This document shows, one piece after another, positions 39,682-51,318 of a stretch of DNA of 64,000 nucleotides. Numbering within the stretch: the stretch's first letter is position 1; the number at the start of each line of letters is the position of its first letter. The notes under the pieces were generated by a model, which searched no databases, was not told the DNA's origin, and worked only from the letters and a program-made list of their open reading frames with translations. The position numbers and the translations under genes are program-made. The stretch is from Octopus sinensis (taxonomy: Eukaryota): contig NC_043004.1 in the NCBI RefSeq assembly GCF_006345805.1, positions 37,448,001-37,512,000 on the forward strand, read 5' to 3'.

Positions 39682-41698
39682 GTATCCTTTCAAAATATTC
39701 CATACAACAATTTGAATTTTGAATTGTATCTCTTTTTTTAAAAGCTGTGTATGTTAAATGATAAAAATGAACAATGGCAAAGATAGTGACAATGGTTGTA
39801 AGGATTTAAATGCTCTATTACTATCAATAGCTATGTAATGAAGGTGTTAAATCAAGAGTTGAAGCCCTAATATAGATTGGAAATTGCATTTTTAAGGCAA
39901 GGAGATTAATTTGCTTTAGTCAAATGATTGGTAATAGGACAGAACAATATGCATATTATCAAACACATCAGCTCCTGCAATTTAAACAATCATTCATCGT
40001 GGATGTAAAACTGTTTTATGACAATAAAAAGAAATTTTATTGTTTGGTTGATTATGGTTATTTTGTTACTAAAAAAATTCGAACCTGTTTTTTTTTGACA
40101 GTTATTGTATCCCAAGTGATGCAAATGTTTTGTGGTCTCAGTAAATAAGATGAAAAATATGTTACAGTAAAGAATGGGGAGGAAAGCTCTAACTGAAAGA
40201 GCTATTCTACTTCATGGGTAGAATGGCTCTTCCTTAATCTTATAGATAGCCACCTCTACCCCAATCAGGTTGGGTAAGGAAGTGGTTTGGAGGTCCAAGA
40301 CATTAGAATTTTCGTTGTTGTAAATTTGGAAAGAAACATATCAGTGGTCATTACTTTGTCATCTTGTGATCCTTGGGTCTGATGACAATTGCCCAGAATG
40401 GAATCTTGATGCCTTAGAAAAAGAAGACTGGTACCATCTGGTCTTTTGCCATCCTCTCAAGTCTAACCCCACCAGCTTTAGTTGTGATAGAAAATGGCAG
40501 CATCCAAATCTTATTTTGATCTTTTTGGGGGCAATATGCTGTGTTAGCATGACAGTGGGTGGAATATAAAAATGTCAGTTGTAGAGCTGCAAGCTGAAGT
40601 GAAATGCTGATTTGGAGACAGCCATTATTCAACTGGTAATATTTGATCTCAAAGGTGTGCTGTTGGGAACTTGCCAGTCGATGTTGGTCGAACGAATGCA
40701 TAAGGTTGTCCAAGATGTTCTAGCATTCAATGTCATCCCATTGATGTTCAACTGATGAACCATCTGCAAGAGTACAGCTTTGTCATGTTTAGGTGCTGTA
40801 AGCAGTTTTAGTTTTGTACAAGGTGGTATCAAAAGATTCCCAAACTAGTTCTGTAGTCACGGGCAGGAAGCTGGAACAAAGAGCCAACATGAAATTTCAT
40901 GTCAAACTTGGGAAGCCTGCTATGGATACATTGAGCAAGCTTACAGCGACAAGGCACAAGCTCTTCAAAAGCTGAAGAAGGTTCCTGGAAGACCTTTAGG
41001 AACTTTTGCTCATAACAAAGAAAGCTGAAACGTTCAAGGCAGACATTCTCCAAATACAAGAATAAAAAGATGTTAAGAATTTGCAAATACGGCCGTAAGT
41101 CGTTTTAATCTTGATGCTGCATACAAATTACAGTATTTGTATAGAAAGAGATATAAAGGCGTTTCTGTGCGTTCGTATTCATATACAAGAAGTAATACTT
41201 GACTCCGAATTTTGTCAATGTTTCTAGTTTGCAATGAACATGATACATTTTTATACACGTTTGCGTGCACACACACTCACAGGAAGCACTATAGGACTTT
41301 AGAAATTGATAGCAAAAGTATTCATGCTATGCATGATGAATGTGATGTGATTTGATTGTGACATGAAATATTCTCTAGTTTTGTTTAGTGCTGTTGTTAG
41401 ATTTTGTGATGTCAGGATTCTAATTTGTGGATATGTTGATTGATATTGTATGAAGAGTCCTGGATGCTAGTAATTGTGATGTAAACAACTAATGAGGAAG
41501 CTTCTATGTAATAATTGAGCCGGTTCTCCAGGCTAGTACTGAGATGTTTCTCAGGAAAAAAAAAAGAAAAAATTCTCCCCTTATTGGAGGAAGAGAATTT
41601 CCATGTTAGGATACTATGATGCTTTTTTTTTTCAGTTTTAGAATAGGAAACAGAACTTTTTCCTTTTAATATTTATTTTCCTTAACATGCAAACTTAG
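39682..41698 (+). other. TRAPPC1: U12-type (minor spliceosome) GT-AG intron 2 of TRAPPC1
   Basis: 5' splice site GTATCCTTT, branch point TCCTTAAC at 41679-41686, branch A 13 nt from the AG, no polypyrimidine tract in between. Confidence 0.9.
40350..41090 (-). mobile_element. Probable decayed LINE (RTE-like) 3' region in TRAPPC1 intron 2
   Basis: Weak motifs such as CIHSRLPK. Heavily mutated. Confidence 0.35.
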
Positions 41699-41837
41699 GA
41701 AAGACGGCTTTCTTAATTTTAAGACCAATGTTTACAAACTTCATTTCTATGAGACACCTAGTGGCATCAAAGTGATTATGTTGACTGATTTGAATGTTGG
41801 AAATATTCGGGACATTCTGCATCAAATCTATAGTTCA
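41699..41837 (+). CDS. TRAPPC1: TRAPPC1 exon 3 (M-KDGFLNFKTNVYKLHFYETPSGIKVIMLTDLNVGNIRDILHQIYSS)
   Basis: 139 nt, TTAG acceptor, TCA|GTAAG donor. YKLHFYETPSGIK motif of the Sybindin/longin family. Confidence 0.96.
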
Positions 41838-42891
41838 GTAAGTAAAGATTCATTCCTTTGTTTTAAGTTTTACTTTTAATTTACATTTCTTAGAATTTGT
41901 TGAGAGACAACAAATTTCATGTTCATGTGCAATGAAAAACATAAACAAGAATATATGGCTTCTTTATTCTTTTTTTATTGTATATACAGTAATCAGGAAA
42001 ATGATTTAGTGCATGTGCTTTGAGAGAATCACAGCAGATTAAATCACTCGAAAGACAGCTCACCAGTTAAGAAATCTACAGTTCAATCCTGACATCTTTT
42101 TGAATGTATATAAATTGATTGTTAAAAAATATTTCTATGCTCTCTAAAAGAATTTAAGGGTTATAACCCTTAGAGAGAGACCATGTCGGTTTATGAGTCT
42201 GTCAACTGAATGATCACAATTTTAACCAAGTCTCGTCGGTTTTGCTATAATCTGAACTAAATATTTGTTCTCAGTTAGATGGCTTATATCTGGAATAAAT
42301 CCTGTACTGAAGTTCATTTTATGTAGAACATTAGTAAATAGGGGGGTAGTTTGAACTCTTCTCATATTCTTTCTCAGGGTTAAAATCCAAAATTATTTTG
42401 AGCAAGGCTAGCAATAAAAACTTTCTTATATAAGAGTAGACCCAGATAATCTTTATTTCTTGTCTAAATCTTTGCTACCCTTACATAACAGGGTTCCTAC
42501 ACTATAATTATGAACCTGTTAATGTCTAAGAGATCCTGCTATGAATTAGAAATTTAATCGAACTTTCCCAGTCAAATTTTTCGTAAAAATTGATTACATC
42601 TGTCATGGTAATCATTATTTCTACACAGGAACTTGTTTCATTGCAAATTTTGATACAATTCATTGTACCGAGCTGTAAATATATCAGTTAGGCTGTACAC
42701 ATAAACAGAAAACAGTAAAAATTTAGCTTGGTGCCCCAGCATGGCCACAACTGACAGGCTCAAACAGGTAAATGAGAAATGTCACTTACTTGGACTAGCC
42801 TAGGTTTTTGTGATGCCTTTATTAATGAAACAAAGCATATTACAAATGTCTCGTCATTTCTCTTATTGTAGATGTTTTTGTATTTTCACAG

Positions 42892-43014
42892 CTCTATGTT
42901 GAATATGTTGTTAAGAATCCATTGTGTTTACTTAACAAGCCAATAACCAGTGAACTGTTCAAAACCAAAGTGGACGAATTTGTGCAAGGACTAAGTATAT
43001 ATGCTAAGGTTTAA
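42892..43014 (+). CDS. TRAPPC1: TRAPPC1 exon 4 (LYVEYVVKNPLCLLNKPITSELFKTKVDEFVQGLSIYAKV-stop); joined CDS 143 aa
   Basis: TTTTCACAG acceptor, LYVEYVVKNP motif, TAA at 43012-43014. Possible AATAAA at 43343-43348. Confidence 0.96.
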   Translation, partial: LYVEYVVKNPLCLLNKPITSELFKTKVDEFVQGLSIYAKV

Positions 43015-45394
43015 ATATATATTTATAAAGTTTAATGAAATCTATGCAATGATATGTGTTGCCAAATGTTGTAAAAATTTAAGTAATTGTATATTATTAA
43101 AAATATTTCATTAAATATATACAATAGTATTTTGGTATTCTGTATATATGTTCTTTCTTTTCTTTTTGTGAGTACTAAGTAGAATGTTTCTTTTGGAAAT
43201 TAAAAAAAGATAAAAGTTATACTACTTTAACAACTTCTTGGGTATTTATAATTCAATCACCACATTTATTTAACATTTTATTTTTATGATAATACACATA
43301 CCCTTTACTATATAATACATTTTACCAGAAACCAATGCTTAAAATAAAGATACATTATTGAAAACAACGGGTTTTTTGTGTTGTTGATTTGTGTGACATT
43401 TTTATCAATTTAATTAGATGTATTTCAAATTTATTCAGAATAAACTGTAGAATCAAAACCAAAAAGAGAGCACAAATGGTTGAGTTGAAAGAGTATCAGA
43501 CAACCAGCTGAGAATAAATGGTTTGTATCCCTGTCACCAACAAATGTATTGTAGTTATGGCCAATGCATTCAACTCTCAAACATTAAATTTATATGGCAT
43601 TGAATCAAAACCAGTACTAATTTACTAATATAAGCAAACATTGAATAGTAAAATTGCTGAATATTTTGTCAGCTTTTTCATCCATTTAATTCACCAGACA
43701 TCAGCATTAGAGATCATTAAAATTTAGATTATCTAAATGTGAACACAAAGCACTGATGCTAAATTAACCAATATCCTTAATTTAAAATGTTTGCTTTTAA
43801 ATAATTCATTATATTGAGTTTTATTTGCATTTGTTTAGCTTTGAGGTCTTATATTCTTCCCTGCACAACTGTTTTAGCAACTCCTCTTCAATACTTGTTT
43901 ACTAGCCAGATCATTCATCATCATCATTTAACGTCCGCTTTCCATGCTAGCATAGGTTGGATGATTTGACTGAGGTCTGGCGAACCAGACTCCAATCTGA
44001 TCTGGCAGAGTTTCTACAGCTGGATGCCCTTCCTAATCCAAACCACTCTGAGAGTGTAGTGGGTGCTTTTACATGTCACCGGCACGAGGTCCAGTTTGGT
44101 GGTACTGGCAACGGCCACGCCCAAATGGTGCTTTTTATGTGCCACCTGCATAGGAGCCAGTCCAGAGGCACTGGTGACAATCTCACTCGAATGTTTCACG
44201 TGCCACCAGCACTAGTGCTAGTAAGGCGACGCGGTAACGATCATGCTCAAATGGTGTGTTTAACATGCTATCAGCACGAAGGCCAGCTTGTTGCTCTGGA
44301 AACTATCTCACTCGTATGGAACTCTTAGCGCTCCACTAGCAACGGATGCCAGTCACCGATTTTGATTTCAACTTTGATCATCATTAATTAAAGTCTGTTT
44401 TCCAAGCTGGCATGGGTTGGACAATTATATGTTGTTGTTTTTTTTTTGGGGGGGGTCTTTCTTTTTTTTTTTGCTACCAGCATTGGTGAGGTTGCCAAAT
44501 AACTTACAAGACAAGAAAAAGTCTCTTGACTGGGTTGGGGTGTATTTGAGAAAGAGGTAGGTGGATTTATGCCAGGTGTTGAGAAGGAACAAGCACAAGT
44601 CTTATGTTAGGAAGATGCATGACTACCCTGCAATTTTATAAAGGTGGGTGAGAGTAGTTGGAAAGAAGATAAAGGTACAAGAAGGTGAGTATAAGACAGA
44701 ATACAGAGAGTGGAAGAAGAGGAACAGATGGTTAGAGATGAGAATAGAGGTTAATGTGATGATGAACAAGGATGGAGATGTGGTTGGTAGTAAATATCAG
44801 TATGGAGAGTAAGGAAGGTGAGAGGGTGTGACAAGTGGCAACATATAGATAGATTAGAAATTAAGGAGATGATGTGTAAGAGTGAGTGGGGGAAGGATAG
44901 TGTCGGAAGATGGAGGCATATACATGTGGCTATAGTAGTGTTGAGGCATTGATGGCAGATATGAGAGGGTGTTAAAGATGAGGTGTGTAGCTCAGAGTAG
45001 AGTGAAATACGGCACAGAAACAGGTGATCAGTAAAAAGACTAGCGTGAGGAAGGGATGCAAATGAACGGTTGTTAACAGAAAGTGGTGCCAGAGGAAGTA
45101 GGAGATAACTAGATGTGCAAAAAAGGTGAAGGTGAAATGTGCTGATTCTGATCTGAAGTGATTACAGTTGCTGAGTAATGCCATAGTTAGATGATAGAAG
45201 GATGGGTGTTAAGAAGATGAGATGTGGGGGATGATTGATGGGACAGACTGGGTGCATGGGCTGGATCTAGCATGTACAGATATAAACAAAATGCTTTTAA
45301 GAGAAATGTGTGGATAAGATAATTGTGGTATGTGATAGGATTACTAAGCTTAGAATAGCCTTGTCTGATGTAACTGTGACTGTTGTACCTTCTG

Positions 45395-46330
45395 CACCTT
45401 TCTAATTTCCTCCAGACTTCTTGGCTTCTGCAGAAGGCTCTAATGTGGCCTTTTTGGCCACATTTAAAGCAACGAGGGGTTCTGCTCTGCACCCACACTC
45501 TCAACACTACATCTCCAATGGTCACCGTTTCCACCACATTTTCCAGTGTTTCTGCAATACCCTGTATGATCAGGTCCAATGTTTGGCCTTTCCATACTGA
45601 ATTTTCTGTTTACGTGGCTTGGAGGACAGCTATTTCTTCTTTATTTCCTAGAAGAACAATCGCCGCAACCTAAGCCACATTTATTTCCGGTGGGATTCCC
45701 TCTTCCCTAATTCTGGAACTCCTTCCAAGATAAGTGGGTAAAAAGACCACTTTATCCGACTTTTCTGTGGTTACTGCGTGTTCTTTTGCTTTTCCTTTAA
45801 ATGAACCATAATTGTTCCGTATCTGCTTCCACTGCCAAGATATGCTATGTCTTGCCTTTTCTATTACTTCTGCCTCAACATTTTCAATCTTCCTTTCTTC
45901 CAAAGAGTACACCTTATATATCACTGTTTTCTTATCCATCTCTTCCAATACTTCCTGGGGTGGTGACAACTTAACATCACCACCTACCTACCCTACATAC
46001 CATCTTCTCATATTTTTCTGGTTGTCAGGCCCACCTCCTTTTTTTTGTGACTTCTGTCATTTCTGCAAAACTTTTCTTCCTTAAGCACTTGTCCATCCTA
46101 TCAACTGCTCGTACAAGCTCCTCCTCCGAAGAGGACAATTCGGACCCACTAAGGTCTGAATGGAACATGTTTTTTACTGTTGACGTTGCTGACCCTCCTC
46201 AAGGTGGAGAGAAAGCACAACCAGAAGACCGCTGCAAAGCAGCGTAAGACGGTCGACTACTCTTCACACAATCAGTAAACACATCAGCATGATACGAACT
46301 CTACGAGAGAGAAAGGAGAAAGAGAGGCGC
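45395..46330 (-). mobile_element. Gag-like/ORF1 retroelement remnant with a CCHC zinc knuckle, probably non-LTR
   Basis: RTPRCFKCGQKGHIRAFC (CX2CX4HX4C) preceded by a Lys/Glu-rich ORF broken by stops. Confidence 0.65.
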
Positions 46331-46699
46331 GGGAAACAGAGAGTGAGCAAGCCCAACAGCTGTCTTATATAGGTGTCTTTCCAGAAAGGCTTACTGGCTC
46401 ATTGCGCATGCCCACCAGAAGTTTGTAAGATCTCGCTTTTGTCTCGAGCAGCTAATAGCTTGCAGCAAGATCTCAATATGGTTCTTCTGAGCGACATTAC
46501 AAAGGGCTCCCCTGAGAACTCAGGTTTGAAATTAAAAAGTTGTAGGAGAGCACAAGAATGCAGAGAATGGCAGTGAGAGCAAATAACAATAAGTGAAAAA
46601 AAAAATTGATCACAATCAAAATACAAGAGACAGGCACAAGAATGTTCTTTGCAAAGTTCAATGTCAAGGCATGGAAATGTTCAGCACAGAAGAAAATCA

Positions 46700-46860
46700 C
46701 AGGAAAGGAAAAGAAAAAATGTCAGATATAGTCTTACTGAGTTTCTTAGGCCAATGAACTGTACGGCCTGTCTTAGTGACATAAGGTTTGTTTGGTTGTG
46801 GTTGTGATGACGAAGGTGAGGGTGTAGATGTGAGCAAAGGTGTATATGTAGGTGGTTGCA
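46700..46860 (-). mobile_element. Ty3/Gypsy pol C-terminal tail fragment
   Basis: PNKPYVTKTGRTVHWPKKL resembles the TRSGR.V..P motif that ends Gypsy pol. Confidence 0.5.
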
Positions 46861-46904
46861 GTGGATCAAAGGTGGGCATAGCCCCCTTTCGTTACCCGTA
46901 TTTT

Positions 46905-48190
46905 AAGATAACAGGATGGAGCAGGCGTGAGTGGAGGAAAGGAAGCAGGGAAAGAAAGGGACGAACACTTATGAAGACCAAGACCTCCAAATCGCTTGGG
47001 CAATGCAACCTGATTGCGGAATGTTGGAGAGAGTTTGACATTGACTAAGCATTCAAGTGTCTCAAAGATTAGGTTGTTGAAATGTTGGAGGCACAATGGA
47101 AATCGGTAAGATGAGCTGACACTGAGCAAATATAGAAGCTTTGGAATCGAGAGGTAATTTCTAAGTATGAAAAAAAAATTGAGGGGGTTCGATAACTTCA
47201 ATATTTTTCAGCAATTGCTCAAGGGCAGCCACCATCGACTGGAAGAGGACTTAAAAGCAAGGTCGGTGATTGTGACTCCTAGGGAGCACCAAGCTGATGG
47301 GGGAGGGACCGCTATGGCTATGGAAGTGAAAGACTGCAAAAAGGTCAATTGGTTGGTGTTGAGAAGTCAGGTGGTTGAGGATCTGGAGCTCACATTTACG
47401 CTCCCACCCAAAGTAGCATCGTCAAGATACCAGACGTTGAGGTCTAGCTCGACCCCCCATCTTGGTGATGTCATGAATGCCCAGTGCAAACAGAGCAGGC
47501 TTGATTGGTTCGCCCTGTTGGACTCCTGAGGCGGAGGTGATGATTTGGTCACTGAAAGAGAGGTAGGAAGGCTCCCGATAAGCCTGCCATGCAAGGTGGT
47601 AGAGTTGTGGGACCTTCTCTCTTACTGAGCTGAGGACAGCATCGTGGCTGATGGAGTTGAAGGCATTCTTAAGGTCAAGTTTAAGGATGACCTTGAGTGT
47701 ACAAGAAGACCAAGTTGGTATAGGCTCTGGTAGTGTGGGCAGCAGCTTCATATCCTAATTTGGTACTAACTCCTAGCTGGGTGGGGGAAAATTCCTCCTC
47801 CAATAAGCTAGTGACCGATTGTAAGCACACCTTTGCGGTGAGATGGCAAAGGGTGCAGCCGACTGCAATGGGGCGCAGATTTCCATTGTGTTTAGTGAGC
47901 CCGAATAATTTTGCACTGAAGAATAGTGGGAAGATATAAGGGAGGACATTCACTGAAGAGAATTGGTTCACAAACTGAGTCAAATTCTCCAAGGGCTCAG
48001 GTCCGGCATCCCTGGTCAATAAGGAGATACCGTCCTTGAGGTGTTGAAGCCAAAGGCCATCATTTCCCGCACCTAAACCAGCAGGGAAGGATGAAATCGC
48101 CTTTCTGATGTTGTCAGAGGTGAAGATCAGTCTCAAGTATTCTGGGGGATCAGGCCAGTTTAGTTGATTATCTGGGGCTGACGGTGGGTC
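46905..48190 (-). mobile_element. CRE-clade non-LTR retrotransposon reverse transcriptase, decayed
   Basis: FPAGLGAGNDGLWLQHLKD, LRPIAVGCTLCHLTAK, TQLGVSTKLGYEAAAH, LKLDLKNAFNSIS, SASGVQQGEP, LNVWYLDDATLGG and LPKRFGGLGL, in order across three frames. Confidence 0.8.
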
Positions 48191-48476
48191 CTTCTCTTCC
48201 AGACGTCCAAGAGATTCAGAGTAACCAAGAGCGAGGGAGGCTAGAGAAGAGAGGAGACAGACAGCCCTACGCGCGCTTGAGGTTTATCGGTTGCCTGTCA
48301 GTAGGCACCATGCTTGATGTCAAATTGAGGTGAGAAGTGGTCAGGCCAAAATCCGGTCAATATAAAGATCTTCACCCGGGAACAAAAAAAGAAAACAATA
48401 ATAATAAACCAGCTTGGCGGGAGTTAACAAGTATGTAGAAAACAAATACAGAAAAAAAACTGCGCTGGGGGAAAGT

Positions 48477-48978
48477 GGGGACTTTCAGAAAATTCACAAG
48501 ATCCGATTTTTCCATCATAACTTCTGGTAAAATGGATATGTATTGATTTTTTTTTTTTAACGGAATCCTACGTTTTTGGTTATGGAGGATCCGATTCTGA
48601 AAAAAATTTTCAAAATTTCAAATACCCCCACACTCTCCTTCATTATTCATTTTTTCCGGATTATTTTTTTCCTTTTCGAAATATATAGAAAAATACGAAG
48701 ATTACAAATTCTCAAGAAATTAAATTTAAATTTGTGTTTATTTTTTTCTATATTCCGAATCTCCGTATTTTCCCACGTAGATTGATGGAAGCAAAAATTC
48801 GTAAAAAGTTTTTTAAAAAAGTTAAAAAAAACACTTTAATTTCACATGAATTACTTTCATATTATTACGGGAAATTACTCTGAAAGAATTTCTTTTTCAG
48901 AATCGGATCCTCCATAACCCAAAACGTGGGATTCCATGACGGAAAAAATCGGATCTTGTGAATTTTCCGAAAGTCCCC
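48477..48978. mobile_element. GGGGACTTTC-ended MITE (502 bp) with a second internal inverted repeat, enclosed by outer arms 48381-48467 / 48998-49077; partial relative at 59312-59480
   Basis: TIR GGGGACTTTC(A/G)GAAAATTCACAAGATCCGATTTTT seen at both ends. No TSD found. Confidence 0.8.
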
Positions 48979-49562
48979 TCCCCAACTCCAGGGTCGTCAG
49001 CGCGCATTTTTTTCCCTATTAGTTTTCTATATACTTGTTAACACCCGCCAGGCTGGTTTATTATTTTTCTTTTTGTTTATGAAAACCACGTTAGTGTTTG
49101 TGCGTGTGTGAAACAAGTAAAAGTATAAAATTAAAACAAAATATTTTTACATAACTCGATTTTGTGAATTTTCCGATGTCCCCCAACCCTGTTGCTTTCC
49201 GCGCATTTTTCTTTTCATATTCGTTGCCTACACATTTTTTTTTTTACACCCGTTGCACAATTTTACTGTTTTCAATTCGTTTCCGGGTAATATTGTAAAC
49301 ATTATCCGAAAAATTTTATAGAACATGTATTACGAGGCGAGGAAAAACATGGGTAATATGTAAGTATTTAACCAGAAATAACTTTTCAAGTTTTTTAAGA
49401 TAGAAAGATATATGAGTCAGTAATATTTTAAAACATTTTAAAAGTATAAATATCATGAGAAAAAAAGGACTATTAAGAGATTTTAAAATATTTAATTTTC
49501 AAAATGTCAAGTATAAGATGTAAAAGAGTCAATAGAATGCAATATCACCGCAAAAGGAAACA

Positions 49563-49740
49563 ATATTTCGTTTTCGTTTCGGTATTTCAAGAAACCCATC
49601 CTATTTTACATGTACCCAATTGACACCGTTCATCAGCAGCGATTTGTCTAGATATTTCGTTTTCGTTTCGCTATTTCAAGAAACCCATCCTATTTTACAT
49701 ATGCCCCATTGACACCGTTCATCGGCAGCGAATTTTGTCT
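49563..49740 (+). repeat. 89-bp tandem duplication ~130 nt upstream of the MED28 ATG
   Basis: ATATTTCGTTTTCGTTTCG.TATTTCAAGAAACCCATCCTATTTTACAT...TTGACACCGTTCATC.GCAGCGA starts at 49563 and again at 49652. Confidence 0.9.
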
Positions 49741-49871
49741 CTGTTTTTGGTGATCAACTTTGTCTTTTGTAATTATGATCGACCGTTGTTCAGTTGACAT
49801 ATTGTAATTAAATTATATACTCAAAGACCAGAACTTTGCAGTCTCGTGCAAGCTAAAGACTTCCGATAATA

Positions 49872-49940
49872 ATGGCGATGCCATCAAATGAAAGAAACAA
49901 TGAACACAATCTAATTGATGAACTCGAGACGGCTTTTCAA
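49872..49940 (+). CDS. MED28: Mediator subunit 28, exon 1 (MAMPSNERNNEHNLIDELETAFQ)
   Basis: 69 nt, CAA|GTAAG donor. LIDELETAFQ matches human LVDELESSFE. Confidence 0.92.
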
Positions 49941-50329
49941 GTAAGTTCTTTGCTTTTGTTTCGCGGAAATCTCAATTTTTATTTACTGGTAAATTTTAAA
50001 ATAACCTCTGTTTATATAGAAATAGAAATAAAGTCAATGAAAAAGCATTTACATAAAACATTTCGTCTGTTTTAAAAAAATTGATTTTTCAGTAGAGGTA
50101 TTTAATGTAATTTTGCACAAATTAATATGAATTAACAGACCAACACTTCTTCTGATCTATAAATCTGTACGATCTTTACACACACATGCGTTTGTATGTG
50201 TGTGTGTATCTTTATGTCAAGTTATATTAAAAACTGTTTACCATTGAACTGAAGTATTACTCAGTTTTTGAAGCGGACATATTAACTATACTGTTACGAA
50301 AAGGTTGGTGACAGTGACTCCGAAGTTTC

Positions 50330-50379
<50 letters not shown>

Positions 50380-50732
50380 TTCTTTACTGCCCACAAGGGG
50401 CTAAACATAGAGGGAATAAACAAGGACAGACAAAGGGATTAAGTCGATTACATCGACCCCAGTGCGAAACTGGTACTTTATTTATCGACCCCGAAAGGAT
50501 GAAAAGCAAAGTCGACCTCGGCGGAATTTGAACTTAGAACGTAACGGCAGACGAAACCCGGCGTACTAACGTTTCTGCCAGCTCGCCGCGGGTCAAAACC
50601 AGGTGTTTTTGCTGCATTTTTGACAGACTATATTTTTTTACAAATATTTACTACCTTACAAAAAACTATATCAACTAAGCAATTTCTGAAATAGTAATTA
50701 GATTATGTTATAAACATAATCTAATTACTATT

Positions 50733-51130
50733 TCAGAAATTTATCGCCGTTCTCTTTGAGTATATAAAAGGGCCATCTACCTGAAGGGATTTGTGATTTG
50801 TCTGCTTTCTTACTAAGACTTTGATTTTTTTTTCTAGGTTAACGCTAAGGCCCTTCAATTCTAGACCTTGGTTCCACATCTGAAACTTCTCTAGTTCTGG
50901 TAGTGATTCAGTTATAAGAACAAGGTCATCAGCATAGAGGAGCTCCCAGGAGTAGCACAACTTAAATTCTTCTGTTATTGCCTGGAGGATGAACAAGAGG
51001 GAACTGAGGACTACTCCTTGGTGAACCCCTACTTGTACCCTGAATTCTTCACTATACTCATTGCCAACCCTCAACTTACTGACAGTGTCCCTGTACATAG
51101 CTTGTACAGCTCTCACCAACCACTTGTCTA
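50733..51130 (-). mobile_element. RTE-clade LINE RT core fragment in MED28 intron 1
   Basis: VQAMYRDTVSKLRVGNEYSEEFRVQVGVHQG...WELLYADDLVLI. Confidence 0.9.
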
Positions 51131-51251
51131 TCCCTAGTTAGATTGTACTATCATTTTTACCATTCAAAACTTTATTATTATGAATGAATTGGATAAAAAA
51201 ATATTTGTAACAGTGTTCTAAAAATATATTGACATTGTATCCTTATTTCAG

Positions 51252-51318
51252 AATTGTCTGTCCTTGTTAACTTCCCAAGAGTATTTCAATGTAACAGACT
51301 CTGAAGAGACTAAAGCAG
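51252..51318 (+). CDS. MED28: MED28 exon 2 (NCLSLLTSQEYFNVTDSEETKA+G)
   Basis: 67 nt, TTTCAG acceptor, G|GTAAG donor. Matches human [23 protein letters not shown]. Confidence 0.93.

Noticed and set aside
49590-49640. CTGATGA...ACCGAAAC on the minus strand of the MED28 upstream duplication
   Set aside because: No stem I or stem III partner, and the second copy lacks the core, so judged coincidental.
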